NCBI GenBank assembly: GCA_016867315.1
Contig: VGJV01000003.1
Location: 27,429-91,428 of the forward strand
Reading direction: 5' to 3'
From: Candidatus Liptonbacteria bacterium
GTDB taxonomy: Bacteria > Patescibacteriota > Minisyncoccia > UBA6257 > 2-01-FULL-56-20
Length of the DNA stretch: 64,000 nucleotides
Numbering within the stretch: position 1 is the first letter of the stretch; the number at the start of each line of letters is the position of its first letter. A program made the position numbers and the translations under genes. The notes under the pieces are model-generated. The model ran no database searches. It was not told where the DNA came from and saw only the letters and a program-made list of their open reading frames with translations. Shown here piece after piece: positions 1-9,135 of this stretch.

Positions 1-94
1 GGCTGAGTTTCTCGGAGAAATGCCAACTGTTGAAGACATCGCGGCTCACCGCAAACCTGGCGACCCGGGATGGCAGGGCTCGCTGACCCACTAA
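1..94 (+). CDS. 3' end of a hypothetical protein running in from the window edge
   Basis: Frame from base 2 reads AEFLGEMPTVEDIAAHRKPGDPGWQGSLTH* to TAA at 92-94. Confidence 0.45.
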   Translation, partial: AEFLGEMPTVEDIAAHRKPGDPGWQGSLTH

Positions 95-263
95 TTCCAA
101 TCGGGAGTAAGGATTCTCCTTCATAAATAAAAATCCAAAAAACAATTTGTGCGGGCAATTGGGAAAACTGATTGCCCCGCTCAATTGAGTCCGAGAGTGA
201 AAATTCGCCGATTGGCGAACTCGTGGATTCAACAGAGTGAATGTTTTTTAACAATCTAACAGA

Positions 264-737
264 ATGCAAATTCCAGAAGTGAAATTCAAGGAAATCGGTG
301 AAGTTACGCCATCGGGCACAGCGATTATGGAATGTCTTAAGAATCCAAATCTTGTGGACATGTTCAACACTCATGTGCCGGAGCTGTTACAAATTGCGGA
401 TTACGAAGTGCCTCGTGCGGTCATTGGAATGGGAGAATTTACAGTAGAAGAGCCGTTAGGTTTCGTATCCATCGTGGAGTCGTTGCTCCAGGGGCATCCG
501 GAATGGCTTTTCGCTCCGCCGTCACTCTTTCTTTGCGGAACTGAAACTGAAGACGGTGGATGGGTTTTGCCAAAATTGGGCAGTATTGTGGTGCTCCACA
601 CTCCGAAAATCTTCCGAGGTGGCCAGATTTTCTACCCACGGCTTCACGAGATCCACGGCGTCAAAGCATTTGGACTTGCGCCGTGGAAGGAACTCAAAGG
701 CACAATTCGTTTTCCGGTGATAGCAACAAAAGGATAA
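264..737 (+). CDS. hypothetical protein
   Basis: 157-aa ORF with ATG start and protein-like composition; no recognised motif. Confidence 0.6.
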   Translation: MQIPEVKFKEIGEVTPSGTAIMECLKNPNLVDMFNTHVPELLQIADYEVPRAVIGMGEFTVEEPLGFVSIVESLLQGHPEWLFAPPSLFLCGTETEDGGWVLPKLGSIVVLHTPKIFRGGQIFYPRLHEIHGVKAFGLAPWKELKGTIRFPVIATKG

Positions 738-740
738 TCC

Positions 741-935
741 ATGACAATTGAGGAATTTTTGAAAGATCCCAATCGGAGAAAGCCAGTTGTCGTCATCCGC
801 GATGATGCGCCGAATGGCAGGTCATATGTAGATCCACTGTTCCTCCGGTACATTGCAGCGGATCGTGTAGAAATCACTTTGCCTGGCTATGAAGGCACAG
901 GTCGGGTTGTCCCGATCGATGAGCAGGCCAATTAA
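741..935 (+). CDS. small hypothetical protein
   Basis: 64-aa ORF 3 nt after the previous stop, with AAGGA upstream. Confidence 0.5.
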   Translation: MTIEEFLKDPNRRKPVVVIRDDAPNGRSYVDPLFLRYIAADRVEITLPGYEGTGRVVPIDEQAN

Positions 936-958
936 ACAAACTATAATCTTAACCAATC

Positions 959-989
959 GGAGAGGCGCGACAAACGCTCCTCTTCTTTT
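959..989 (+). terminator. probable intrinsic terminator
   Basis: Imperfect hairpin ggagaggcg...cgctcctc followed by ttctttt. Confidence 0.4.
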
Positions 990-1014
990 GCTTTTATGCT
1001 ATATTCGATTCGCA

Positions 1015-2289
1015 ATGTCAGATTTTGAAATATTAAAACAAAAAGTAACAAAAGAGCTCCCCGATTCTGCGGGCGTGTATTGTATGCGCGGATCAAAAGG
1101 GGATATTCTCTATATCGGCAAAGCTGGTAATCTTCGTCGGCGCGTCTCAAGCTATTTCCTTCGCGCACATGATGCTCGGATCGAGCGCCTTATGCAGGAG
1201 GTGCGGGAGATCGGCTATGAAATCACTGAAACTGCACTTGAAGCTCTCATTTTAGAGGCGAAGCGCATCAAAGAACATCACCCCGTCTACAATATCCGCG
1301 AGCAGGATGATAAAAGTTTTTTACATGTCGTAATCACCAAAGAAGAATTCCCCAGAGTACTTCTCATCCGCGGTAAGGAAAAATATGGAATAAAAGGAAA
1401 ATCGTTTGGGCCTTTTACTTCAGCTTCCAGCTTAAGGGAAGCACTCCGCATTTTGCGGCGCATTTTCCCATGGAGCCTGCACGAACCGGAAAAAATCGGA
1501 AAATACTCCCGCCCTTGTTTTGATTATGAAGTGGGACTTTGCCCAGGTACGTGCATAGGGGCTATAGATAAAAAAGAATACCGGAAGAATATAAAGCGTC
1601 TCACGGGAATTTTTGAAGGAGGAAAGAAGCGTGTGATTCGAGAACTCGAAAGAGAAATGGAAAGGGCAAGCAAAGCCCTGGAATATGAAAAAGCAGCCAA
1701 GCTCCGCAAGCAGATATTTGCGCTACGTCATATTCATGATATCGCCCTCATCAGGGATGAGAATGATCCTGCTACTCGCGACTCGCTATCTGCTACTCGC
1801 TATCGTATTGAAGGCTATGACATCTCGAATATCTCCGGCACGGCGGCAGTGGGGTCCATGGTGGTATTTGAAGACGATCAGCCTGCAAAGCGTGAATATC
1901 GCAAATTCAAGATTCGCACGATCGCACAGTCGGATGATGTGGGAATGCTTAAAGAAGTACTTCGGCGGAGATTTACGAGATACCAGTCGAGGTTGAACCT
2001 TAAGAATGTCCAAGGTTCAACCTCGGTGCCCGCGTGGCCGCTCCCGCACCTCATCCTGATTGATGGGGGAAAGGGACAAGTGAATGCGGCGGAAGAGATA
2101 TTGAATGAAACCGGGCTGGCGATTCCGCTTATCGGAATGGCGAAAGGCCCCAAGCGGAAAAAGACGGAAATTATCGGCACTATTCCCGCAGGAATAAAAC
2201 TCAGCACCTTGATTCAGGTTCGTGACGAAGCGCATAGATTTGCGATTACCTATCACAAACGGGTGAGGGGAAGGGAATTCTTGCAGTAA
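1015..2289 (+). CDS. uvrC: excinuclease ABC subunit C, short form without C-terminal HhH
   Basis: GIY-YIG (GVY...YIGKAGNLRRRVSSYF), Cys cluster, UVR helix, RNase H-like IEGYDISN/LIDGGKGQ/RDEAHRFA; start moved to ATG 1015 behind an extended -10 (TGCTATATT). Confidence 0.95.
   Translation: MSDFEILKQKVTKELPDSAGVYCMRGSKGDILYIGKAGNLRRRVSSYFLRAHDARIERLMQEVREIGYEITETALEALILEAKRIKEHHPVYNIREQDDKSFLHVVITKEEFPRVLLIRGKEKYGIKGKSFGPFTSASSLREALRILRRIFPWSLHEPEKIGKYSRPCFDYEVGLCPGTCIGAIDKKEYRKNIKRLTGIFEGGKKRVIRELEREMERASKALEYEKAAKLRKQIFALRHIHDIALIRDENDPATRDSLSATRYRIEGYDISNISGTAAVGSMVVFEDDQPAKREYRKFKIRTIAQSDDVGMLKEVLRRRFTRYQSRLNLKNVQGSTSVPAWPLPHLILIDGGKGQVNAAEEILNETGLAIPLIGMAKGPKRKKTEIIGTIPAGIKLSTLIQVRDEAHRFAITYHKRVRGREFLQ
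1988..2025. repeat. REP-like palindrome inserted in frame in uvrC
   Basis: Perfect 14-bp inverted repeat cgaggttgaacctt/aaggttcaacctcg with a 10-nt loop. Confidence 0.8.
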
Positions 2290-2481
2290 ATCCTTTAACG
2301 TCCCCTTCACTTTTTAGGCGTAGGGTTAAGTTTAGCGGCTTAAGCCTTGCTTAAGATTAGCTTGTCAAACAAAAATTGCGGATCCCCGAATATTATGAAA
2401 AAAATCGGTCTCTCTCTATCCTCTCTCGTTCTTACTTTATCGGCGCCGGAGAACTACTGATCACTGATAAGGAGGCTTGAT

Positions 2482-2524
2482 AACAAAAACTAGGGGGCTC
2501 ACTACGGGCTCCCTCGTTTTTGTT
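2482..2524. terminator. bidirectional intrinsic terminator
   Basis: aacaaaaac-t-agggggctc-actac-gggctccct-c-gtttttgtt. Confidence 0.7.
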
Positions 2525-2568
2525 TCGATAAGTTGCCTATATGGTCGCGTCAATTTATCCTGAAGCAT

Positions 2569-3132
2569 ATGGCAAAAGAAAAAAATATTGAATTATTAAA
2601 CGTCCTTAAAAAAGGCGGGGTGGCGGTGATACCTACCGACACAATCTACGGAATTGTGGGCTCCGCGCTTCGCAAGGAAACAGTAGCGCGCATTTACAAC
2701 CTCCGTAAAAGGAATTTGAAAAAACCTTTCATCGTGATTATTTCTTCCCTGGACGCCCTCGCTCAATTTGGAATCAAATTATCCCTCCTTCACCGTCCCG
2801 TAATGCGGTTTTTAAAGGGAGTGTGGCCGGGAAGAGTAAGCGTGGCATTGCCGGTAAAAAGCAAAAAATTCGAATACATTCATCGGGGTACGAACTACAT
2901 CGCTTTCCGGATACCCGCGAAAAAATCCCTGCGAGAGTTACTTGAAAAAACCGGGCCGCTCGTGGCGCCGAGTGCGAATTTGGAGGGGGAGCCGCCCGCG
3001 ACCACCCTACGAGAAGCACAAAGATACTTTGGCGCACGGGTAGATTATTACGTAGATGGAGGAAAAATACAGAAAAAAGCTTCCACCATCGTAAAAATAT
3101 TGGGAAGCAAGCCGGTCACACTGCGAAAATAA
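2569..3132 (+). CDS. tsaC: L-threonylcarbamoyladenylate synthase (TsaC/Sua5/YrdC)
   Basis: PTDTIYG, KxR, PSANLEG motifs; start moved to ATG 2569. Confidence 0.92.
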   Translation: MAKEKNIELLNVLKKGGVAVIPTDTIYGIVGSALRKETVARIYNLRKRNLKKPFIVIISSLDALAQFGIKLSLLHRPVMRFLKGVWPGRVSVALPVKSKKFEYIHRGTNYIAFRIPAKKSLRELLEKTGPLVAPSANLEGEPPATTLREAQRYFGARVDYYVDGGKIQKKASTIVKILGSKPVTLRK

Positions 3133-3241
3133 ATGTTCTAGTTGATCTAAATGGTCTAGCTGAAGGATCCCAACGTCTACAACGTTTAGAACAATTATAA
3201 CGAGCTTCGCGATAGAACGAGCTTGGGATATAATCTTCGGG

Positions 3242-4912
3242 ATGCTTACGGACGAACTTCGCCCAATTATAAAAGGAGAAGTAGAGGACGATGAGAAGAC
3301 GCTTGAGGCGCACAGCCGGGACTATTCGATTTTTCGCGTGAAGCCGGAAGTGGTGGTTTTCCCAAAAGACGCTGAAGATGTGAAGAGTTTAGTGAAATTT
3401 GTAAGTAAAGAGAAGAAAAAAGGCAGACAGATTTCTCTCACGGGACGCGCGGCGGGGACCGACATGACCGGCGGGCCTCTTTCCGGCTCGATCGTGGTCA
3501 ATTTCACGCGTCATATGAACCGAATCAAAAAAATAGAGGGGGATTCCTTCTCCGGTTCCGGCCAAGCGTACGCCATCGTGGAACCCGGAGTATATTTCCG
3601 GGACTTTGAGCGGGAAATTGCGAAGCGGGGATTGATGTATCCCTCGTATCCCGCCTCGAAAGAACTGTGTGCGATCGGCGGGATAGTGATGAATAATTCC
3701 GGTGGAGAGAAGACGCTTCGGTACGGAAAAACCGAGGAATATGTAGAAAGTATCAATATGGTCCTTGCGGACGGAGAGGAGCATCATATAACTCCTCTTT
3801 CGAGCGGCGCACTCAAAGAAAAACTCAAAAAAAGAGATTTGGAGGCAACCTTATGGAGAAAACTCAAAGCGCTCCTTGAAAAAAACGGAGCCCTTATTGC
3901 GGGCGCAAGGCCTGAAGTTTCCAAAAATTCTTCCGGCTATCCGCTTTGGAATATATGGGATGGGAATACCTTCGATCCCGTGAAATTATGTGTGGGTTCG
4001 CAAGGTACGTTGGGGCTTATGACCGAGGTACGTGTGCGCCTCTTACCGCAGCCGAAGCACAGTCGCCTGGTAGTGATATTCTTGCGCAACCTCTCTCCGC
4101 TTGCGGCCTTAGTGAATACTCTCTTGGACTTTAAACCCGAAAGCATCGAATCCTACGACGACAAAACGCTGGGAGTAGTGCTTCGATATTTGCCGAGTTT
4201 TATTCGGTCAATGAAGGGGAGTTTCTTCAAGCTTTTGTGGGAATTCTTGCCCGAAGCCGGGATGGCGCTTCGAGGGGGAATTCCAAAGATGGTCCTCTTG
4301 GTGGAACTTACTGCGGAGAGTGAAGGAGAGCTCCGGGCGAAGACAATGAGGTTGGTGCAAGTAGTGCGTCGGAATTTCCGAATTCCTGTACGTGCAATTC
4401 GCGATAAAGCCGAAGAAGAAAAATATTGGACGATCCGAAGACAAAGCTTCGCCTTGCTGCATGGGCATATTAAAGACCGAGATACCGCCCCGTTTATCGA
4501 TGATATTGCAGTGCGTCCAGAGCATCTTCCCGAATTTCTTCCCAAATTGAACGCAATTCTCGAGCCATATAAAAAATCGCTCATATACACCATCGCGGGG
4601 CATCCCGGGGACGGGAATTTTCATATAATCCCGCTGATGGACTTGAAAAACCCCGAAGTGAGAAATCTGATCCCGACTATTTCAGAGAAGGTATATAATC
4701 TTGTGTTGGAATATCATGGCACGATTACGGGGGAGCACAACGATGGCCTCATTCGTACGCCGTATGTAGAAAAAATGTATGGCAAAGAAATGGCGGATCT
4801 TTTCGAGGCAGTGAAGACTCTTTTCGATCCGCAAGATATTTTTAATCCAGGAAAAAAAGTAAGAGGCACGCTCGCGTATGCTCTGGATCACATCTCGAGT
4901 GCTAGGCAGTAA
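3242..4912 (+). CDS. FAD-linked oxidase (GlcD/D-lactate dehydrogenase family)
   Basis: GRAAGTDMTGG FAD loop, GSQGTLG, GHPGDGNFH, GEHNDG, FDPQDIFNPGK. Confidence 0.9.
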   Translation: MLTDELRPIIKGEVEDDEKTLEAHSRDYSIFRVKPEVVVFPKDAEDVKSLVKFVSKEKKKGRQISLTGRAAGTDMTGGPLSGSIVVNFTRHMNRIKKIEGDSFSGSGQAYAIVEPGVYFRDFEREIAKRGLMYPSYPASKELCAIGGIVMNNSGGEKTLRYGKTEEYVESINMVLADGEEHHITPLSSGALKEKLKKRDLEATLWRKLKALLEKNGALIAGARPEVSKNSSGYPLWNIWDGNTFDPVKLCVGSQGTLGLMTEVRVRLLPQPKHSRLVVIFLRNLSPLAALVNTLLDFKPESIESYDDKTLGVVLRYLPSFIRSMKGSFFKLLWEFLPEAGMALRGGIPKMVLLVELTAESEGELRAKTMRLVQVVRRNFRIPVRAIRDKAEEEKYWTIRRQSFALLHGHIKDRDTAPFIDDIAVRPEHLPEFLPKLNAILEPYKKSLIYTIAGHPGDGNFHIIPLMDLKNPEVRNLIPTISEKVYNLVLEYHGTITGEHNDGLIRTPYVEKMYGKEMADLFEAVKTLFDPQDIFNPGKKVRGTLAYALDHISSARQ

Positions 4913-4992
4913 CTACGAAGATACGAAACAATACGAAAATACGAAATTCGTACTTTCGTAACTATTCGTAATTTCGTAGATAATAATTTGTC

Positions 4993-5733
4993 ATGTACCA
5001 AATCCCAGAATTAAATAAATTTCCAAAGCTTCTCCATAATATTTCTCATAAAGAAGAGGGGAATATGTCCTTCCGATGGGGAGGACAGGTTCTCTCGAAT
5101 CGAGAGAGGTTTTTAATAAAAGTAGGAGTGGGGCTTGAGATGTGTGTGGGTGCGAGTCTTGAACATGAAACAAAAGTAACGCGCGTCGAGACGAAACACC
5201 GGGGAATGGGCATGCGAGACCCGGAGACTGCAGTGCCCGGAGACGCGTTTCTTACGAATGCTCCGGGGACATTTCTATTTCTTCTCACGGGGGATTGCTT
5301 GCCTATTGCTGTGTATGACCCCATGGAGAAGGTGGTGGGGTTAGTACATGCGAGCCGGAAAAATTCTCCTCTCGGCCTCATGAGAAAAGTAATCGATCGT
5401 ATGGAAGAATGGTACGGCTCAAAAGCTAAAAATATAGTAGTGAGTATCGGGCCGGGAGTACGAAAAGAAAGTTATATATTCCCCCCAGTTATGAAAGAAG
5501 AACTTATGCCAATATGGAAGAAATTCCTTATAAAGATAGATGAGGAAAAATTTGCATTAGACGTAGTGGGCATGAATAGTGCAGAACTTAGAAATTCGGG
5601 AGTGCGGGAAGAAAATATCCACGTTGCTCCTCAGGACACCATCGCCGATCCGGCTTTTTTCTCCCATTATCGCAGCCGCCTCACGGGGGAAGCCGAGGGG
5701 AGAATGGCCACGGTTTTAGGAATTAAGTCTTGA
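4993..5733 (+). CDS. YfiH/PgeF family protein
   Basis: GDAFLT, TGDCLP, VHAS, IGPG and FFSHYR motifs. Confidence 0.88.
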   Translation: MYQIPELNKFPKLLHNISHKEEGNMSFRWGGQVLSNRERFLIKVGVGLEMCVGASLEHETKVTRVETKHRGMGMRDPETAVPGDAFLTNAPGTFLFLLTGDCLPIAVYDPMEKVVGLVHASRKNSPLGLMRKVIDRMEEWYGSKAKNIVVSIGPGVRKESYIFPPVMKEELMPIWKKFLIKIDEEKFALDVVGMNSAELRNSGVREENIHVAPQDTIADPAFFSHYRSRLTGEAEGRMATVLGIKS

Positions 5734-5735
5734 GC

Positions 5736-6011
5736 ATGGCAAAACATTTAGAGATAAAAATATTTGGAAGAGTGCAAGGGGTATTTTTTAGAGAGGAATC
5801 CAAGAAGATGGCAAAAGAGCTGGATATCGTGGGATTTGCGCGAAACGAGGCAGAGGGAGCAGTATATATGGAAGTGGAAGGCGAAGAGAAAAATCTATCT
5901 GCTTTTCTCGATTGGTGCAAGAAAGGTCCCGCGGGGGCTTCCGTGACCAATATAGAGGTAAGAGAAGGAGCGGCGCAGGGATTTAAAAGTTTTACGATTC
6001 AATGGCGATAA
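5736..6011 (+). CDS. acyP: acylphosphatase
   Basis: GRVQGVFFR, GFARN and GP motifs. Confidence 0.93.
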   Translation: MAKHLEIKIFGRVQGVFFREESKKMAKELDIVGFARNEAEGAVYMEVEGEEKNLSAFLDWCKKGPAGASVTNIEVREGAAQGFKSFTIQWR

Positions 6012-6631
6012 AAATTATAGATATCTCGAGACCTATATCAGCGAAGGAGCCTATATATCCCGGGAATATGCCGGTGGAACTGATGGCGCTTAAAAAGTTT
6101 TCTAAAGACAAATCTAATCTTTCTGGCATCAAGATGGGATTGCATAGCGGGAGTCATATAGATGCGCCGCTCCATTATATAAAAATGGGAACATCAGTAG
6201 ACAAATTGCCGCTCGACGAGACAATAGGCTGGTGCCGCGTAGTGGATGTGAGCAAGCTCAAATCCGAAATCGGAGAAAAGGAGATAAAAAAGTTCCGGCC
6301 TCAGAGCGGAGAAATCCTGCTTTTCAAAACCCGAAACTCTCGACTGAAAGATAAACGTTTTAATCCTTCGTTTATCCATATAAATCAATCCGGCGCAGAA
6401 GTATTAGCGAAAGCCCGTGTGAAGGCGGTGGGAGTAGACGGGCCATCAGTACGTAAATTCCGATTGAAACCAGACACGGTTCACCCGCTCCTTTTGAAGC
6501 GAGGAATTTTGATCTACGAAGGCCTGGATTTAAGCAAGGCTAAGCCAGGGCGATACTTTTTTGTAGGCGCGCCCTTAAAAATCACCGGCGCCGAAGCCTC
6601 GCCTGTTCGCGCGATCTTAATCAAGAGTTGA
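6002..6631 (+). CDS. cyclase-family metal-dependent hydrolase (KynB-like)
   Basis: HSGSHIDAPLH, VGVDGPS and GAEASPVRA motifs. Confidence 0.9.
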   Translation: MAIKIIDISRPISAKEPIYPGNMPVELMALKKFSKDKSNLSGIKMGLHSGSHIDAPLHYIKMGTSVDKLPLDETIGWCRVVDVSKLKSEIGEKEIKKFRPQSGEILLFKTRNSRLKDKRFNPSFIHINQSGAEVLAKARVKAVGVDGPSVRKFRLKPDTVHPLLLKRGILIYEGLDLSKAKPGRYFFVGAPLKITGAEASPVRAILIKS

Positions 6632-6668
6632 CGCTACGTGCTACTCGCTACATGCTACTTGCTATCCC

Positions 6669-9095
6669 ATGAACGCAATTTATCAGGAAAAAAACCCGAC
6701 GATTCTCGTGCTATTCGGAGCGACGGGAGATCTCACTCGGGAAAAGATAATCCCCGCACTCTTTCGGTTGCATCGAAAAAAACTCTTACCATCGCTGTTT
6801 CAGGTGGTGGGATTTTCACGCCGGGAACTTTCGCCGGAAGTGTTCAAAGAGAAGGTGAGGGAGGTAGTGACAAAGCTTCCCGAAGGAAAAACGCCTCTCG
6901 CGGATTCTTTCGTCTCTCTGTTCACCTACGTTCCGGGGTATTTCGAAAAACGGAGCGGCTATAAAAAGCTCGCTGAGTTTTTAGGATTCCGCGATAACGA
7001 ATGGAGAGTGTGTTCCAATAAACTTTTCTACTTCGCGGTGCCGCCGGAATATTACAAAAATATCATGCAGCATCTCGCCGCGTCGAGACTCACGGAGCCT
7101 TGCAGTCCGGAAGAAGGGTGGACCCGCGTGGTCGTGGAAAAGCCCTTCGGAAAAAATGCGAAAACTGCCGAGGAACTTGATGCGCTCCTGGGGAAGCTTT
7201 TCCGGGAAGAGCAGATTTATCGAATCGATCACTACTTAGGAAAAGAAACCGTCCAGAATATTCTTGCGTTTAGGTTCTCGAATTCCTTCTTTGAGCCTGC
7301 CTGGAATAATCAAACGATCGAATCCATTCGCGTGAGCATCTTCGAATCGAAAGGAGTAGAAGAGCGAGGAGATTTTTATGACGGAGTGGGCGCGCTGCGA
7401 GATGTGGGGCAAAATCATTTACTTCAGCTCTTAGCTCTTTTTACGATGGAGAATCCCGGAATATTCAATGCGGATTCCATCCGCGGAAAGCGTGCGGCAC
7501 TTTTGAAGACCCTTCGCATTTTGACGCAAAAAGAAATAGAAGAAAAAACAGTACGAGGGCAGTATCAGGGCTATCTCAAAGAAGCAGGAGTGCGGCGGGG
7601 TTCCTCCACGGAAACCTATTTTCAAATCGAAGCCGAAGTCAACTCTCCGCGCTGGGCGGGAGTGCCCATATACCTCGAAGCGGGAAAAAAATTAAAGGAA
7701 TCCAAAGTAGAGGCAGTAGTAAAATTCCGCCACCCCGCCCCATGCCTGTGCCCCATCGACCGCAAAAAACATTTTCATAATATTCTCCGATATCAAATTC
7801 AGCCGGAAGAATGCATCACTTCTTCATTCCTAGTAAAAAAGCCAGGAGAAAAACTTGTGCTCGAAGAAAAAGATTTTGTGCTGGATTATGGAAGCGAGAA
7901 AGATCACGACTTGTTTTTAGATGCATACGAAAGGTTGCTTCTGGGAGTAGTCCGAGGAGACCAAACACTTTTTGTAAGCACCGAAGAAATTCTTACGAGC
8001 TGGAAATTCATAGATCCGATCATAGGGAGGTGGAAGCGGGGCGCTCCTGAAATAGTGAGTTACATGCCAAAGAGTGATCCGATGAAAATTATACCCGAGG
8101 CGGTGCCTCACGCATTTCATGATAAAAGGGAAATCTTTCTTGCGGGATTAGGAAAGATGGGGAGAAATATGGCGGTTCGCCTCAGGGAGCATGGATGGAA
8201 AGTAAAAGCATTCGATGTAAGTCCGGACGCAAGAAAAGAAATTGAGAAGGAGGGTATAAAAGCGACGAGCAATCTCGCGACAGTGAAGGCTCTCCATGCT
8301 CCGCGACTCATTTGGCTTATGGTGCCTTCGCGCGCAGCCTCGCCTTCTGAAAAAAACCCAATTGACGAAATTCTTTTCGGAAAAGGTGGTCTCGCTGAGC
8401 TTTTGGAAAAAGGGGACGTAATTATCGATGGAGGAAACTCACTCTATACGGAAACAATGAGACGAAGCCGAATACTGGCTCGTTCCGGAATTACATTGAT
8501 AGATGCAGGGGTCTCCGGGGGTCCCAGTGGAGCCCGGCATGGAGCGGCGCTCATGGTGGGAGGAAAAACCGAAGTCATAAAAGAATTAGAGCCTCTATTT
8601 GGGGTGCTCGCGGTGCCGGGGGGGTACGCGCACGTGGGAAAATCCGGGGCAGGGCATTTCGTGAAAATGGTGCATAACGGAATCGAGTACGGCATGATGC
8701 AGGCCATAGCCGAAGGTTTTTCCATTTTGAAGAAGACGGATTTAAAATTAGATGTGAAACAAATTGCCGCCCTTTATAATCGCGGCACGGTAATCGAATC
8801 TAAGTTGCTCGATTGGCTCTATAAAGCGCTCGAAGCCTACGGGGAAGAATTAGAAGCCGTGAGTGGGACAGTTGGGCACCTTGGGGAAGGGGAATGGACG
8901 GCCAAAACAGCCAAACAATTGAATATTCCGGTCCCTATAATCGAAGGCGCGTTTCATTTTCGGGTGCGATCCGCAAAAAAACCTAGCTACACGGGGAAAA
9001 TTTTGAGCGCTTTAAGAAATCAATTCGGAGGGCATGCGATAGCAAAGGGCAAAGAGCAAATAACAAAGAGAAAGAGTAAGATACAAAGAAAATAA
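6669..9095 (+). CDS. zwf: fused glucose-6-phosphate dehydrogenase / 6-phosphogluconate dehydrogenase (Zwf-Gnd)
   Basis: N-part GATGDL, EKPFG, RIDHYLGKE, DVGQNH; C-part GLGKMG, IDGGN, VSGG, GHFVKMVHNGIEYG, LRNQFGGH; single 808-aa frame. Confidence 0.93.
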   Translation: MNAIYQEKNPTILVLFGATGDLTREKIIPALFRLHRKKLLPSLFQVVGFSRRELSPEVFKEKVREVVTKLPEGKTPLADSFVSLFTYVPGYFEKRSGYKKLAEFLGFRDNEWRVCSNKLFYFAVPPEYYKNIMQHLAASRLTEPCSPEEGWTRVVVEKPFGKNAKTAEELDALLGKLFREEQIYRIDHYLGKETVQNILAFRFSNSFFEPAWNNQTIESIRVSIFESKGVEERGDFYDGVGALRDVGQNHLLQLLALFTMENPGIFNADSIRGKRAALLKTLRILTQKEIEEKTVRGQYQGYLKEAGVRRGSSTETYFQIEAEVNSPRWAGVPIYLEAGKKLKESKVEAVVKFRHPAPCLCPIDRKKHFHNILRYQIQPEECITSSFLVKKPGEKLVLEEKDFVLDYGSEKDHDLFLDAYERLLLGVVRGDQTLFVSTEEILTSWKFIDPIIGRWKRGAPEIVSYMPKSDPMKIIPEAVPHAFHDKREIFLAGLGKMGRNMAVRLREHGWKVKAFDVSPDARKEIEKEGIKATSNLATVKALHAPRLIWLMVPSRAASPSEKNPIDEILFGKGGLAELLEKGDVIIDGGNSLYTETMRRSRILARSGITLIDAGVSGGPSGARHGAALMVGGKTEVIKELEPLFGVLAVPGGYAHVGKSGAGHFVKMVHNGIEYGMMQAIAEGFSILKKTDLKLDVKQIAALYNRGTVIESKLLDWLYKALEAYGEELEAVSGTVGHLGEGEWTAKTAKQLNIPVPIIEGAFHFRVRSAKKPSYTGKILSALRNQFGGHAIAKGKEQITKRKSKIQRK

Positions 9096-9135
9096 TCCTA
9101 AATTCATCGAATAACTTATTCAATTGGCTATGAAT

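Noticed and set aside
3544-3567. Possible degenerate REP-derived insert (SFSGSGQA) in the FAD oxidase
   Set aside because: Too short and degenerate to support without an alignment
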